Assembly: GCA_951406725.2 (NCBI GenBank)
Contig: OX597817.1
Span: forward strand, 6,386,001-6,450,000
Direction of reading: 5' to 3'
Origin: Octopus vulgaris
Lineage: Eukaryota
DNA: 64,000 nucleotides
This document shows, in pieces, positions 16,389-29,469 of the stretch. Under the pieces are notes generated by a model. It saw nothing but the letters and a program-made list of their open reading frames with translations. It was not told where the DNA came from and searched no databases. The translations under genes and the position numbers were made by a program. How positions within the stretch are numbered: position 1 is the stretch's first letter; every line of letters starts with the position of its first letter.

Positions 16389-16600
16389 AGGCGGCGAGTT
16401 GGCAGAAATGTTAGCAAGTCGGGCGAAATGCTTAGCGGCATTTTGTCTGTCTTTACGTTGTGAGTTCAAATTTCGTCGAGGTCGACTTTGCCGTTCATCC
16501 TTTCGGGATCGATAAATTAAATACCAGTTATGTACTGGGATCGATCTAATCGACTGGCCCCTTCCCCCAAAATTTCGGCCTTGTACTTAGTGTAGACAAG
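16389..16600 (+). mobile_element. SINE family B
   Basis: ggcggcgagttggcagaaatgttagc..gaggtcgactttgcc.. Confidence 0.8.
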
Positions 16601-17404
16601 GATATTTTTCAATTCGACTTGCAAGCTATGCAGGGAAAACGCAATATGTATTACTAAAGATGCGTACAAAAAATATAGGCTTTGTTTTTAAAAGGGTTAA
16701 AATAGAAATGAAGATTTTCGACTATGTGATAGGAAGACAAAAATAATGAACTTCGTGTTATGTTTGTAAAGTCAGTTGGTATTAATCATAATAGATGCTT
16801 TCCTCAAATAGCTAGCAGGCCGTTAATTGCCCAAATAACTATCATTGTATAATTAGAGGATATTATTAACTTCCATAACACTCTAAATGCAAATGAATTT
16901 TGTCTTTCCCTCATTTTAGTTTTACATTTTTGTTCAAGTAATTCATACATTTTAAAATCGCGTAAAAATAGAAACAACCTGGTAACTAGTGACACTCGAA
17001 GTAGAAATACAATTTTTGTTGTTCATTTGTTTTTGCATGTCGGAAATTAGATGCTTGTACATTGGTGAAAGTTATGCGTTTCTTGTTAAAGCAGAGACTT
17101 CGTATTTCCTGATAACTAAAGAGTGATGTATGAGTGAGGAAACGGGTTTCATCCTGAGTTAAAGACTTTCATCTTTCCTGATAACCTTTTGGAATGTAAT
17201 TTTCTCTCTTTAGGCGATATGATTTAGTTAGGAGTTTCCTTCGTTCTATTGACGTTTTTGTTCTAACCTCTTAGCGTCATTATTTATGTAGGGGATCAGT
17301 TTTTATTAAATAGATCACGTCTTTGTGACTGGCTTCAACATACTTTCTATTAATTTGAAATGCCTTATCTACATATAAGGAAGTTCACACAAACACACAC
17401 AGAT

Positions 17405-17441
<37 letters not shown>

Positions 17442-18069
17442 CACACGCACACACACACACACACAGTGAACAGTTGCCTGAACTAGATTATAATTTGCTT
17501 CCTCGTTCTTCCTCTTCGGTTATTTGCGCTTCGAAATGAAAGCTATCTTGTCTTCAATTTCCCTTCTTCTTAAGGCGTTTTGAGATAAATGGCTCTTTTG
17601 TTAAATTTGCCTATCTTAAGATATATTCGATTTTGCATTATAGGTTGGAAAATATCTAAAATACCTTGTCAATGAGATATTATATTGGGAGAGTTGATTG
17701 CTGGAGAGCATATGTGTATGCAATGGATTCTCATTCAGATTTGAGTTGGTATTTTCCGGTACCTGAGCTGAGAATCATATATCGGAAATTAACTTTGCTT
17801 GTATTGATAGTAACTAAGATCTTAAGATCGAAATCCATCAAAATAATACTAAGATTTTAACTATCAAAAATAACTTGTACTAAGATATGTACAACAGGAC
17901 AATTATATTTATAGATACTTGCATCAATGATTTGAATTTATCACTTAGCACACAGCCAACCAAATTACAAACCTCCATTATGTTGTAGCTACTTCTGCTA
18001 ATTCTAAATATGTATTATGCTCAACTATGTATGAGACACAGCGTTTGCTAATTCTAATTATATATGAAA

Positions 18070-18430
18070 CACGATTAGCTCAGGTGAAACTAAATACATA
18101 TTGAATGATTTTATTGTCTAGTCTCTAATCATGATGAGCGAGCCAATCTTGCCGACTAACTGTTCCCAAGCACATAGAGAAGGAACACTTTGAGTAGCCT
18201 TTTTCATCTTTACGTCACCTCCAGCTTTCCATCTGAAATCTTAACAATATCGTATAACATTTTGACCTTCTTCAAATAAACCATTTGGATCTCTGCGTAC
18301 TCATTCATAACATGCAAAATGTTTGCTTTTAAATTACAAATCCATCTCGTAGTTTTTTGTTGAACGAGATTCCTGGTAGTATGTAATATCCTTCAGCAAG
18401 ACACTATATTTCACATTACTCCAGTTCACT
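18070..18430 (-). mobile_element. Second Chapaev-like transposase fragment
   Basis: ttagctcaggtgaaa..gccaatctt.ccgact is shared with 14804-14888; minus strand reads KGYSKCSFSMC. Confidence 0.5.
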
Positions 18431-19119
18431 CAGCTGGCAACAATGAGTTGTAGCTGTATTTTAAAGGACCAGCTTTGTTGCATTCTATGTCATGCAAGAA
18501 TAACCACTAACCTGTCTTCACATCAGAGAAAATTTCAAATGTCTCATGCGAAATATATATGACGTTATTAATTTCACTCTTGTAAATATACTAGGGAAGA
18601 AAGTCAATTTTCACATATCTAGAATTTTATGCTATATCTACCCGTCCATCTATCTGTCCACCTGCCTGTCTATCTATATAATTATCTGCCTATCCATCAA
18701 TACGTGTGTGCATGTATATATATATACATATGTGTGTGTATGTTCACGCGCGCAAATATGTATATATGAAATGTATGTTTTTATTATGTAGTAAGTTTAA
18801 GAATAACTATACGGAGCAATTGCTGAAGTGGGGATTTAATACTAAAGGTGGGGGTCAGCATTATAAATTTTTATTGACTGGGACTTTACATAGAATGGCG
18901 AAACCTGTTGAGTAAAGGAACGTAACTGTGGTGCGGTGTGCATGCAACTTAAATTACAGCTGATAACTTACTCTGAACCACTGACTGTACGATCGATTAG
19001 TGCAAGATCCCGACCAGACAGAATGTGAAACGGCACTGGTTTTACAGAGAAACTAAAGCTTCGGGTGTATAGCAGAAAGGAAGAGACTTGCACATGTTCG
19101 GCTAGATATTATATATCCA

Positions 19120-19488
19120 CGTGATCACCGTGACCAACGAGGCTATCAGAGGTCGTTTAGCCTTCAAATCCATCTCGTAGTTTTTTGTTGAACGAGATTC
19201 CTGGTAGTATGTAATATCCTTCAGCAAGACACTATATTTCACATTACTCCAGTTCACTAACTTCAAATGACGCCACCCCGCTGGCTAAGGGAGCAGGCCA
19301 ACAGAAGAAAGAGTGAGAGAAATTTGTGGCGAAAGAGTACAACAGCCCCCCCCATCTCCCTGCCGGAGCCCCGTGGAGCTTTAGGTGTTTTCGCTCAATA
19401 AACACTCACAACGCCCGGTCTGGGAATCGAAACCGCGATTCTACAACCTCGAGTCCACTGCCCTAACCAGTGGACCATTGCGCCTCCA
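19120..19488 (-). mobile_element. tRNA-derived SINE family C containing a 94-bp templated insertion
   Basis: Homologous to 20143-20458; 19165-19258 is an exact copy of 18337-18430. Confidence 0.85.
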
Positions 19489-19508
19489 CACACATACACG
19501 CACACGCA

Positions 19509-19576
<68 letters not shown>

Positions 19577-19579
19577 ACA

Positions 19580-19712
19580 TAGGCGCAAAAAGAGATCGAT
19601 ATAAGTACTAGGTTTACAAAGAATAAGTCCTGCGTTCGATTTCCACGACTAAAAGTGGTGCTCCAACATGGCCGCAGTCAAATTGCTGAAACACGTAAAA
19701 GAGTAAAAGAGT
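19580..19712 (+). mobile_element. SINE family A, head fused to tail (large internal deletion)
   Basis: aggcgca followed by the tail aagagatcgat..ctccaacatggccgcagtcaaattgctgaaacacgtaaaagagtaaaagag. Confidence 0.65.
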
Positions 19713-20142
19713 GTATCAGGACAAGCACATAAATGCGAAACAAGGTGGAAAGATAGTACTCGAATACCTGAGGTAGATTAATATGATAAACAAAACTGTC
19801 TGACGAACGGGAACATGAAACAGATTTTGTGATCATTTTCCTGCTTATATATACACACACCATTAAATAATAATAAACGATTGATAATTGCCAGCTCATT
19901 ACAACTCATTATTCGTTTGATTACAATATACAAAGGGAATTTACGACTGTCGGACACGCGCTAAGCACTAAGATTTCGTTTTCTCTGTGTACACAACCAG
20001 AATATCTTATTTAACACGTTCCAACCGTGGGCCGGAACCTAAGGTTTATCCAACTCTACCGTGTGCATATCTTTTCAAGCACCTAACTCTATCTCAATCT
20101 GTATTTTACTACACACACAGACACACGCATATATATATATAT

Positions 20143-20458
20143 ATCACCGTCATCGTGATCACCGTGATCACCGTGATCAACCAGGCTATCAGATGTTGCT
20201 ACACATCGCTGGTCACAATGCGCTTCGCATTGTTTTAGCCTTCAAATGACGCCACCCCGCTGGCTAAGCGAGCAGGCCAACAGAAGAAAGAGTGAGAGAA
20301 AGTTGTGGCGAAAGAGTACAGCAGGGATCGCTGCCGGAGCTTCGTGGAGCTTTAGGTGTTTTCGCTCAATAAACACTCACAACGCCCGGTCTGGGAATCG
20401 AAACCGCGATCCTACAACCGCGAATACGCTGCCCTAACCACTGGGCCATTGCACCTCC
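20143..20458 (-). mobile_element. SINE family C, full length
   Basis: Reverse complement head ggaggtgcaatggcccagtggttagggcagcg..ggtttcgattcccagacc (A/B boxes); tandem gatcaccgt tail. Confidence 0.85.
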
Positions 20459-21038
20459 ACACACATATATATATATATATATGTATACACACACATATCT
20501 TGTCATCTATCCATCTATTAATGAATCTGTTTATCTAACAATCCATCTGTCTATCCATATCAGTCAACCTATCAATTATCTATTTACGTAGCATTCAACC
20601 CATCTATATACCTGTCAGCCAATCGATCAACAAGATTGTGTGTTATATAATAAGCTCTCCTTCAATCTATAAATTAACCATTTATTTATTCACTTCTCTC
20701 AAATTAACTATCCACTTCCTTAGCGCAATAGTTAACTATGTACGTAAATCAGAACACGTCTATATATTTGGCTCTCTCCCTTCCTTTATACTTAACACAT
20801 TACTCAATTGAAATTGATGAATAATGTATAATATTAGAACCTAAACATGAACAAAACTTAACTGCTGCCAACTGGACACAGCCCACAGAATTAATTCCAG
20901 AAAAATCATGCTATAACATATCTAAACAAGTATTTAAATATTGCTGCGCACTTTTTGTATGGCGCTTACGGACAAACACACGCGCATAAACACAAACACA
21001 TATATGTTGTACGTATGTATGTATATATACAGATACAT

Positions 21039-21106
<68 letters not shown>

Positions 21107-21165
21107 TATATATATACAGAGAGAGAGAGAGAGACAGAGAGAGAAATACACACCCTTACACACAC

Positions 21166-21209
<44 letters not shown>

Positions 21210-21699
21210 CCCACACACAGATCCATATATATATATATATATATATATACATACAAACACACATACATATACAAGCATTATGTATAAACAGGAGTGGACA
21301 TTTCCTGATATATTTACATATTATATTTCATATTTACGTGATGTATATATATACATGAACGAATCTTTTTACATAATGTTGGGTGACAGTAGAGTTGTTT
21401 GATGTGTTCATATTTTGTTTGTAAGAATGAATTATATTTCCTATAATAGTATATCAAAAACTAGTTTTATATATATATAGGCACTGGTGTGACTGTTGTA
21501 AGAGGTTTGTTTCAAAAGTATATGGTTCTGGTTTCAAATAAAATTTTCAGCTAAATTCTCCAAAGCGTTGTAGGCTTGGCTGCAGTCAAATGCAGTCAAA
21601 TAATATAATATAAATAATATAAATAACATATAAATATACATGCATACATACACATATATATGTACATACATATATTTGTATATACATACACATATGGGC

Positions 21700-22255
21700 A
21701 CATGACACCACGGAACGTAAACAACATGAAATACGAAAAACGAAAACATGGGATACGAATTTATTTTGCGAAAAACGGAAAGGGAAAACAAGACAAGTGA
21801 CATGAAAAAAACCACCCTTCATCAGTTGCTGGCTGTTTTTCTACTTCCTATTTCGCGTATTTCACAAGATACGTTTTCGACATTACAGTTGCTCCCGCAA
21901 AGCAAATTAGATAAAATTTGGGATTTTGAATAGGGTTAAAGTTGGTAACAAAAACAAGACAGTGAAAACAGACAGTAAGGGTTGCTAAGCCTAGACGAGT
22001 TGAGTTGGTGTACGCGGAGAAACAAGCACCGAGAGGACACAGACAAGAATGCGTCCCATCCCTGTAGCTGATAAGAGAGAAGAAGGAAATTCAAGTTAGA
22101 AGGGGAAAGCTGGCACACGGTCAAGTGCGAGCAACGAGAGAGCAAAGGCGGAAGAGTGTGGGAGAGAAGAGGAGATAAAAAGAATAGAGAAAGGAAGAGA
22201 GAGGAAGTGAAAGTGGGGAGGAAAAGAGACAGAAAGAGATTGGAAGTGTCGCATA
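21700..22255 (-). repeat. Pyrimidine-rich (minus strand) repeat tail with a hammerhead 5' half-core, Penelope-tail-like
   Basis: cccttcatcag at ~21816-21825 reads CTGATGAAGG on the minus strand; matching GAAA half not found. Confidence 0.3.
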
Positions 22256-22349
22256 TATATATAGGGAGAGAGAGAGAAATCAATGTAAGTATATGTGCTT
22301 GTATGCGTATATATATGTATATATATGCATGAATTAATAATCATTTATT

Positions 22350-22688
22350 CTTCTACTCGTTTCAGTTATTTGACTACTGCCATGCTGAAGCACCACATTT
22401 AGTCGAGCAAATCGACCCCTGGACTCATTCCTTGTAAGACTAGAGCTTATTATATCGGTCTTTTGCCGAACCTCTGGGCTCCGGGGACGTAATCACACAA
22501 GCATAGGTTGTCAAGCGATGGTGGGGGAACAAACATAGACACACAAACACACACACATCTATAAACGACGGGCTTCTTTCAGTTTTCGTCTACCAAATAC
22601 ACTCACTAGGTTTTGTGGAAGAGATTTGCCCGAGATGCCATGCAGTGGGACTGAACCCGAAACCCTGTGGTTGGTAAGCAAGCTACTT
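22350..22688 (-). mobile_element. SINE family A, 3' part (head displaced to 25013-25048 by an insertion)
   Basis: SINE sequence stops at ..ggtaagcaagctactt and resumes at 25013 tggtaaccaagttacttaccacacaaccactcctgc. Confidence 0.85.
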
Positions 22689-25012
22689 TATTTCAATAAA
22701 TTTTGCCATAAAAGCATGATACAGAGTAGCTTGCGGACTGGACAGAAACATTGATGAGATGAATGATGAAATAAAATGATATTGATGGGAGAAGACAAAA
22801 AAAAAAACCCGCTGATTCTTTGCTTCTCTAGAACATTAGTTTTTATACAAGAAACAAACCGAGGTACTGAACCTCTTACTTCCGTTTTACAATTATTGGA
22901 CTTAATAGTCCATTTACAAATAGAAATATTATTATTTTTAACGCAAAAAGAGACAAAGGTACTGAACCTCTCCCATTTTTATAAATATTGTACTTAATAG
23001 TCCATTTAAAAATTAAAAGATTATTATTTTTTTACACAAAAAACAAAACGAGGTATTGAACCTCTTACTTCCGTTTTTACAATTTTTGGACTTAACAGAC
23101 CATTTACAAATTGAGACGCTGAGCCTTTTACACACTTAAGCATTATAACACTGAGGCGTTTCAGCCTCTTGTCAATTTTCCTCCCCAACATCGCTTGTGT
23201 CCGCCATTACCACGCCTTCGCCATTACCCATGCCTCGTTTAAAACCAAGGCGGGCTCCGAGTCGGCGTAGCCCGGCCACAAGTGATAATCCTCTTGTATA
23301 ATCCATCAACGTTATTGCCTCTACAGCTATCTGCGGTGACCATTCGGGTTCCCGTGTGAAAGTTAGAGATATTCCCTTATAGTTTTTTCCATTCCCTTTT
23401 CTACCTCTCCACATGTGTAGAAGAATATTAATAATTTGTCTTCCTCCGGGTCCAGGTAATCAATTCTACCATTGGCGGCACAATTCCCGCCAATGGTGTC
23501 TCTTTCACTGCCGGTGGCACAACCGACGTGGTCACAGTTTCCTCTGTCGGTGGCATGATTCCCACCGAAGAGGCCTCGGGACATGCCGGTAGTACACTGC
23601 ATACCTCCGGCATTCCCATTCTTTTTTCTCTCTTTTTTTAAATCTTTGGTGCGGGAGGGGTTGGCTCCTTCGCCATAACCGCAGGAATATCGCTTCCTCC
23701 CGCAACCCTGGGATCCCACGGAGAGCAACCATTGTTGCTCCCCTTCTTCCTTTTTCTCCCCATGTTTCGGGGGAGGTCCCTCTCTCCTCCTGCATCTTTC
23801 CTTCCGGAGGAGGAGAGGGTTCTTCCACAACTAACTGCTCCAGTACCCTGCTCTGGTCCTTGGGACAGTTCTTTTTCATGTGGCCAGGCTCTAGGCAGGG
23901 ATGACACTGGGGGCGGGGTATCCTTCAAGAATCCCCGGATAGCTGGACCCGGCCATCCTAAAAAAATGTGGGAACACCAGATCATCGGCTGACTGGTACC
24001 ACAGGGTCAAAAGCGCTTTTAACCCCACCCAATCAGCCGCAGGCATCATTTTGACATTTAAGAGTTTGGCGCCGCTGTCACTCAGACCCCGGCGGATCGG
24101 ATCCTCTATCCACTCGGGCTCTATTCCTGGAGGCAGGCCACACGCCCAAGATCTTGTCACTTTCCTTCTACGATATGTAGGCAGAAACAGAATTTTGTCT
24201 CCTTTTAGGGGCTGGCTCGCAAAAATGCGTGCCTTCTCGGGGGTATCAAATAGCAACCACACTGTTGCATATTTGACAGCCCTTGCAATAAACTTGATGT
24301 TTGGCAGGTATTCTGCCAGCTCCTTCTCAATATCTACTTGAAAGAACACACTGATGGAGTCGAGGGACTTGGAATATGTCCTCATCACCACCACTTTCTC
24401 ATTAAAGTCCTTTACCCACTGCTTGGGGAGCACAATTTCCCACTCCAAGACAGTATTCTTATTTTTTTTTGTTGCCATGCTTGCAAAAGAAAAAAAATAA
24501 AGAAAAATGTTCACCACAAAATACAAAATATTCCAAATATAAAGTCCAATACAAACTCAAAAAAGAATAGAAAGACTGAGCAGAGAAAAAGAACGAAAGA
24601 AGACAGTTCAATTCAGCGCAACACAATTCCGCCACTCAGGTAATCCACAAGAATACTCCAGTTCAAGAAGGTACTCCAGTTCAAGAAGGTACTCCAGTTC
24701 ACCGTCGCAGCACACAAAAATTCTTCCACGAATTCCTAAATTTTCAAATTTTGGTATCGAGACACGCCCACAAAAACAATTCTCACGGTTAAGTGAGTCA
24801 CTCGGCGCGACCGCAGCAGACAATAGTCTACAACCAGTGAGGATTTCTTATTCGAGAAAAAAAATATAAAAAAAAAATTCTCCACCGAATTCCTAAAAAG
24901 GCGGATGCCTACCTTGCAGTCGCACCTACAGAGGTTATTTAATTCCAGACGGCTTCCAAGCACGTCTTGACGGTGTTCACTCTCGTAAGTGACTGATAAA
25001 CTCACGCCTGCG
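22689..25012 (-). mobile_element. Complete ORF1-only L1/Tx1-like non-autonomous retroelement (~2.3 kb) with 17-bp TSD
   Basis: TSD 22672-22688 / 25013-25029 (2 mismatches); 5'UTR with 3x18-bp repeat (24651-24701); ORF1; 3'UTR with ~3 tandem ~100-bp repeats (22855-23110); A-rich end; no EN/RT motifs seen. Confidence 0.75.
23400..24478 (-). pseudogene. L1/Tx1-type ORF1 (putative RNA-binding region plus CCHC zinc knuckle), frameshifted
   Basis: MATKKNKNT..VVVMRTYS..GLPPGIEPEWI..; after a frameshift near 23915, QCHPCLEPGHMKKNCP (CX2CX4HX4C). Confidence 0.7.
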
Positions 25013-25067
25013 TGGTAACCAAGTTACTTACCACACAACCACTCCTGCTACTCTACACCTATACACT

Positions 25068-25120
<53 letters not shown>

Positions 25121-25124
<4 letters not shown>

Positions 25125-25162
25125 AAATAAGCAACAAGGATATCCTTGTTGCTTATTTTGAT
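25121..25162. repeat. Perfect 42-bp spacerless palindrome
   Basis: atcaaaataagcaacaaggat|atccttgttgcttattttgat. Confidence 0.95.
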
Positions 25163-25240
25163 TATCATCACCTTATATTAAATTATATAGGTACTACCAT
25201 ACTAAATTCTGGTGACCTCAACTTAAGTACCATATTCATC

Positions 25241-25284
<44 letters not shown>

Positions 25285-25287
<3 letters not shown>

Positions 25288-25617
25288 AGAAGGAGGAGAC
25301 CCCCTTCGGTCATGAATGACCATGGGGGTAACCTAGAAAGTTACCTTCCGAGGCACAAGTCCTGGAAGACTTGTTTGTGTAAGACCAGCAGTCGCCCATG
25401 CGTACCAGCCTCCCCTCTCCACCTCACTGATGTTATCCAAAGGAAAGTCAAAGGCCGATACAGCTCGGCACCAGTGATGTCGCAACTCATTTCTATAGCT
25501 GAGTGAACTGGAGCAGCGTGAAATAAAGTGTCATACTCAACAACACATCACGCACCCCGGTCCTGGGATTGAACTCACAACCTCACGATCGTAAACTCGA
25601 GGCTCTAACCACTGAGT

Positions 25618-25620
<3 letters not shown>
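25285..25620 (-). mobile_element. tRNA-derived SINE family D
   Basis: Reverse complement head gtgactcagtggttagagcctcg..gtgagttcaatcccaggacc (A/B boxes); (cttct) tail. Confidence 0.75.
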
Positions 25621-25680
<60 letters not shown>

Positions 25681-26264
25681 GTGTGTGAGCGTGTATAAAC
25701 ATAGACATATATGTAGACACACGCACACGTGTGAGCGTACTTGTTTCAAAACAATATACTGAGATTAACACTTGGATTACCACGTGTAGACTAAAATTTT
25801 ATTTTAGCTGCAAAAAAAAAAAGACTTCAGAGATATTATTTTTGTCAACCGCTTCTCAGCTACGTCGTTGGGACGTGTCAATGGAGATACATCAGAAATA
25901 ATATTTGTGTGGGTGCTTGCACAATATATTATATAATATATTACGCTTTCTATTACTATATTATATTATAACATATTATATTATATTAATTTATATTATA
26001 TTAAAATATATTGTATTATGCTTAACAATCACACATAAATATGGTTTCTCGTATGTCACCATAAATCATACTAAAGATATTTTCAGCAGCTAACATGTGT
26101 CGGTAAATGTCATATTAATATTCGATTCCTCAATGGGTTTATATACGCAGCTATCCTCTTCAATATAAGGTAGACCATTGCCACTGCGTATATTCAAAAT
26201 GTATGTTGTGTATGGAAACTAATTTGGAAAAACACGATGGGAAAGTATTTGTCAATGGCGACGG

Positions 26265-26470
26265 ACGCGATGATGATGATGATGAGGATTATGATGAGTA
26301 CATCGACGACAAGGACGACGATGGTGACGATGATGATGATGAGGAGGATGATGATATTGAGGTGGTGGCAGTGGTGGTGGTGGTGGTTTTCGTCTTCGGT
26401 GTTACTCTTGATGGTGGCTTCTGTGATGATAGTGGTGCTGAGGGCGGTAAAGATAAAGATAAATAATAAT
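26265..26470. repeat. (GAT/GAC/GGT)n compound microsatellite
   Basis: Direct inspection. Confidence 0.9.
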
Positions 26471-26663
26471 CATGTTGATCTTAATCACATTAATGATTAT
26501 GATACTTACAAGAGGTGTATTGAGAATGTTCGTGTACATAAAAGTTTGGCAACCTCAGTAAATTATAAATATTATATCTTTATTTGAAATGGAAGTTTCC
26601 GTTTCTCCTCTAGGTTTCTTTTACACACACACACACACAAACAAACACACAACAAGTTTTAAA

Positions 26664-26695
<32 letters not shown>

Positions 26696-26757
26696 CATAT
26701 GCATGTCTATCTATATGCATATATATCTATGTGCATGTATATATATATATTTTTATC

Positions 26758-26827
<70 letters not shown>

Positions 26828-28822
26828 TAAATATATATGGATATATGTATGTTCAAATATACGTATATACATATGCTCATACATAGATACATACAGTCTC
26901 CCATGATTACCATGCATACATACATATCTTCATTTTTGTTCAGCCGTAAATATTGTTTTGTATGCCATTGTTAATTTATAATCGATTGTTAATACCTATG
27001 CTGCATTATTTCTATGTTGAGCTATAAATACTGAAGACTATCAGTTTGTATGTGCCAACAAATGAAGGGAATGTTTTGAATTAGCATCACGTGACTGTTT
27101 GTTTTAATTCTTAAAATGCTGTCCCGCAGTGGCAACGCCTTCTGCCTTAAACATGGCTTCTCTCTTGTGCAATGGCATATGTTATATGAGACACAAGGTA
27201 TACAGCAAATTTCGATCACCGATCACAGGTGTCCGATATAAGGTCACATTAAAAGTTACAGACCGCATAATTTTCAAAAACTGCACAGAAGGCCGACAAA
27301 GGAGCACACAAAGGAAAATTCACAGACTATGCGTGCACATGGTCTTTCCCATCAATTATCGTCCCAAACCCATAGCATTTTCGCGCATTTAATGATGAAA
27401 TTGTCCATGTTTTTGGCGTCAGCAGCAAAATGCAGGTGGGAATAATTGGGGACAGCGATGAAAACAAAGAAGTAACATAAATAGTTAGCACTTAAATGCG
27501 TATAAACACAGATAAAGGCCTTAGGTCAATGAGACTTCATTAATATAGGAAAAAATTCTAGACGTAACGTTAATGCAATATCTTATAGTACTTGAAAATG
27601 AAAGTAGAGAGATACTAACAAAGGTTGAAGGATGGGAAAGAATGGAATGGATGATAAAACGAAAGGTGCAAAACAAACAATACTTGGATAACAGGCGATA
27701 CAGAAGTAGACATACGAAAGTAAAGAAGTGTAATTCAAGACGATGGACGAAGGATACAGTGGAAATAATAAAATAAACGAACAGAATGCAGGCTTACGGC
27801 TACATGAAATCTAATCATAGGTAACGCTTAGAGAGGAAACCTAAAGGATTAGACACAAAAGAACAACAAACAGCGAGTCAGGTACCAGTGGAGACTAGAG
27901 AATTTAGGACCGATCAGGTACGCGACCGGTGTATAAACAAGGTGAGAGAAAGTAAAAATGTTGGCCACGTGTCACGTGTCAGCAGCAGGCGGAGGAGGAA
28001 ACAGAAGGCAGATGAGAAAGAGGGTGAGAAAGAGAGAAAGAGAGAGAGAGAGAGAGAGGCAAGAACGGAAGAGACAGAGTGATATAAAAGAGGAGAAGAA
28101 GAAAGGCTAAATGTGGTCTGCAATTTCCGGAAATTCTTTCAATGTAGCCTCCCCTTATTTTCAAATATATAACAAGAAAAAGACTGGTATCTTTGTTTCC
28201 ATCACAAATGTCCTAAATAATAAAATAGGTTGATATACTCATATGTCATTGATTCTTACTCTTAACGCATTTGACACTGAAACTCTAGTTGAATTTATCT
28301 TAAATAAATAGAGCCACCGTTTCCTTTATTGTTGAGGGTGGACACTAGAAGGCCCTTTACTTTTCTCCCCCTCCAACAAGCCAAGTAATCCTTATTAAGG
28401 CTATAAATTCTCAAATTTACTCCTCTATTTTGTGTCATGGTCCTGTTCTAGTACCACAAAACCACTTGAATATACCTTGTTTTGGTTAAGCTCATTCTAC
28501 AAGAGTCAGTCTTGGAATCACTAAATATATACGAGCCGTGGATTTTAAATTATTTTAAATGTCCTTAATTGTAAAAGTTTTGTATTCATCTGAAGAAAAC
28601 GTTATTTATAATGATATAATGTACTCATTGATCAATTAAAAAATTCGTCAGAAACGGGTATAATGAATTGACACCTATCTATCATTAGTTACTCATACAT
28701 GTGTGTGTGGTATACAGATTCAAATTCTGTTACCGATTTTTTCTTTCTATTCTGTTACTTATTATTTCACATTTATATTCTTATAATTATAAATTTTTAT
28801 TTTTCATTATTTATTTGTATTA

Positions 28823-29388
28823 GGGTGGCGAGCTGCCAGAAACGTTAGCACGCCGGGTGAAATACGTAGCCGTATTCCGTATACCGTTACGTTCTGAGTT
28901 CAAATTCCGCCGAGGTCGACTTTGCCTTTCAACCTTTCGGGGTCGATAAATTAAGTACCAGTTACGCACTGGGGTCGATGTAATCGACTTAATCCGTTTG
29001 TCTATCCTTGTTTCTCCTCTCTGTGTTTAGCCACTTGTGGGTAGTAAAGAAATAGGTATTTCGTCTGCCGTTACGTTCTGAGTTCAAATTCCGCCGAGGT
29101 CGACTTTGCCTTCCATCCTTTCGAGAACGGTCAAATAAGTACCAGTTACGCACTGGGGTCGATGTAATCAACTTAATCCTTTCGTCTGTCCTTGTTTGAC
29201 CCCTCTGTGTTTAGCCGCTTGTGGGTAGTAAAGAAATAGGTATTTCATCCGTCGGTACGTTCTGAGTCGACTTTGCCTTTCAGCCTTTCGGAGTCGATAA
29301 ATTAAGTACCAGTGAAACACTGGGGTCGGTGTACTCGACTAGTCCCCTCATCCTGAATTTCAGGTATTGTCCCTTTAGTAGAAAGGAT
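28823..29388 (+). mobile_element. SINE family B with a triplicated internal segment
   Basis: One head, then gttctgagt(tcaaattccgccgagg)tcgactttgcc..cactggggtcg repeated at ~28891, 29076 and 29259. Confidence 0.85.
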
Positions 29389-29469
29389 TATGTATTTATA
29401 TTATTTGTATTATTTATTTTTACTTTTCATTATCTATTTCTATTATTTTCTATTTTTTATATTCCTATA

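Noticed and set aside
20390-20458. tRNA gene (also other SINE heads)
   Set aside because: A/B-box heads continue into multi-copy SINE bodies; no complete cloverleaf established
26203-26466. Acidic poly-Asp ORF
   Set aside because: GAT/GGT microsatellite; no other coding evidence
28890-29330. CRISPR-like repeat-spacer pattern
   Set aside because: Tandem SINE body copies; the spacers are not unique and the context is eukaryotic
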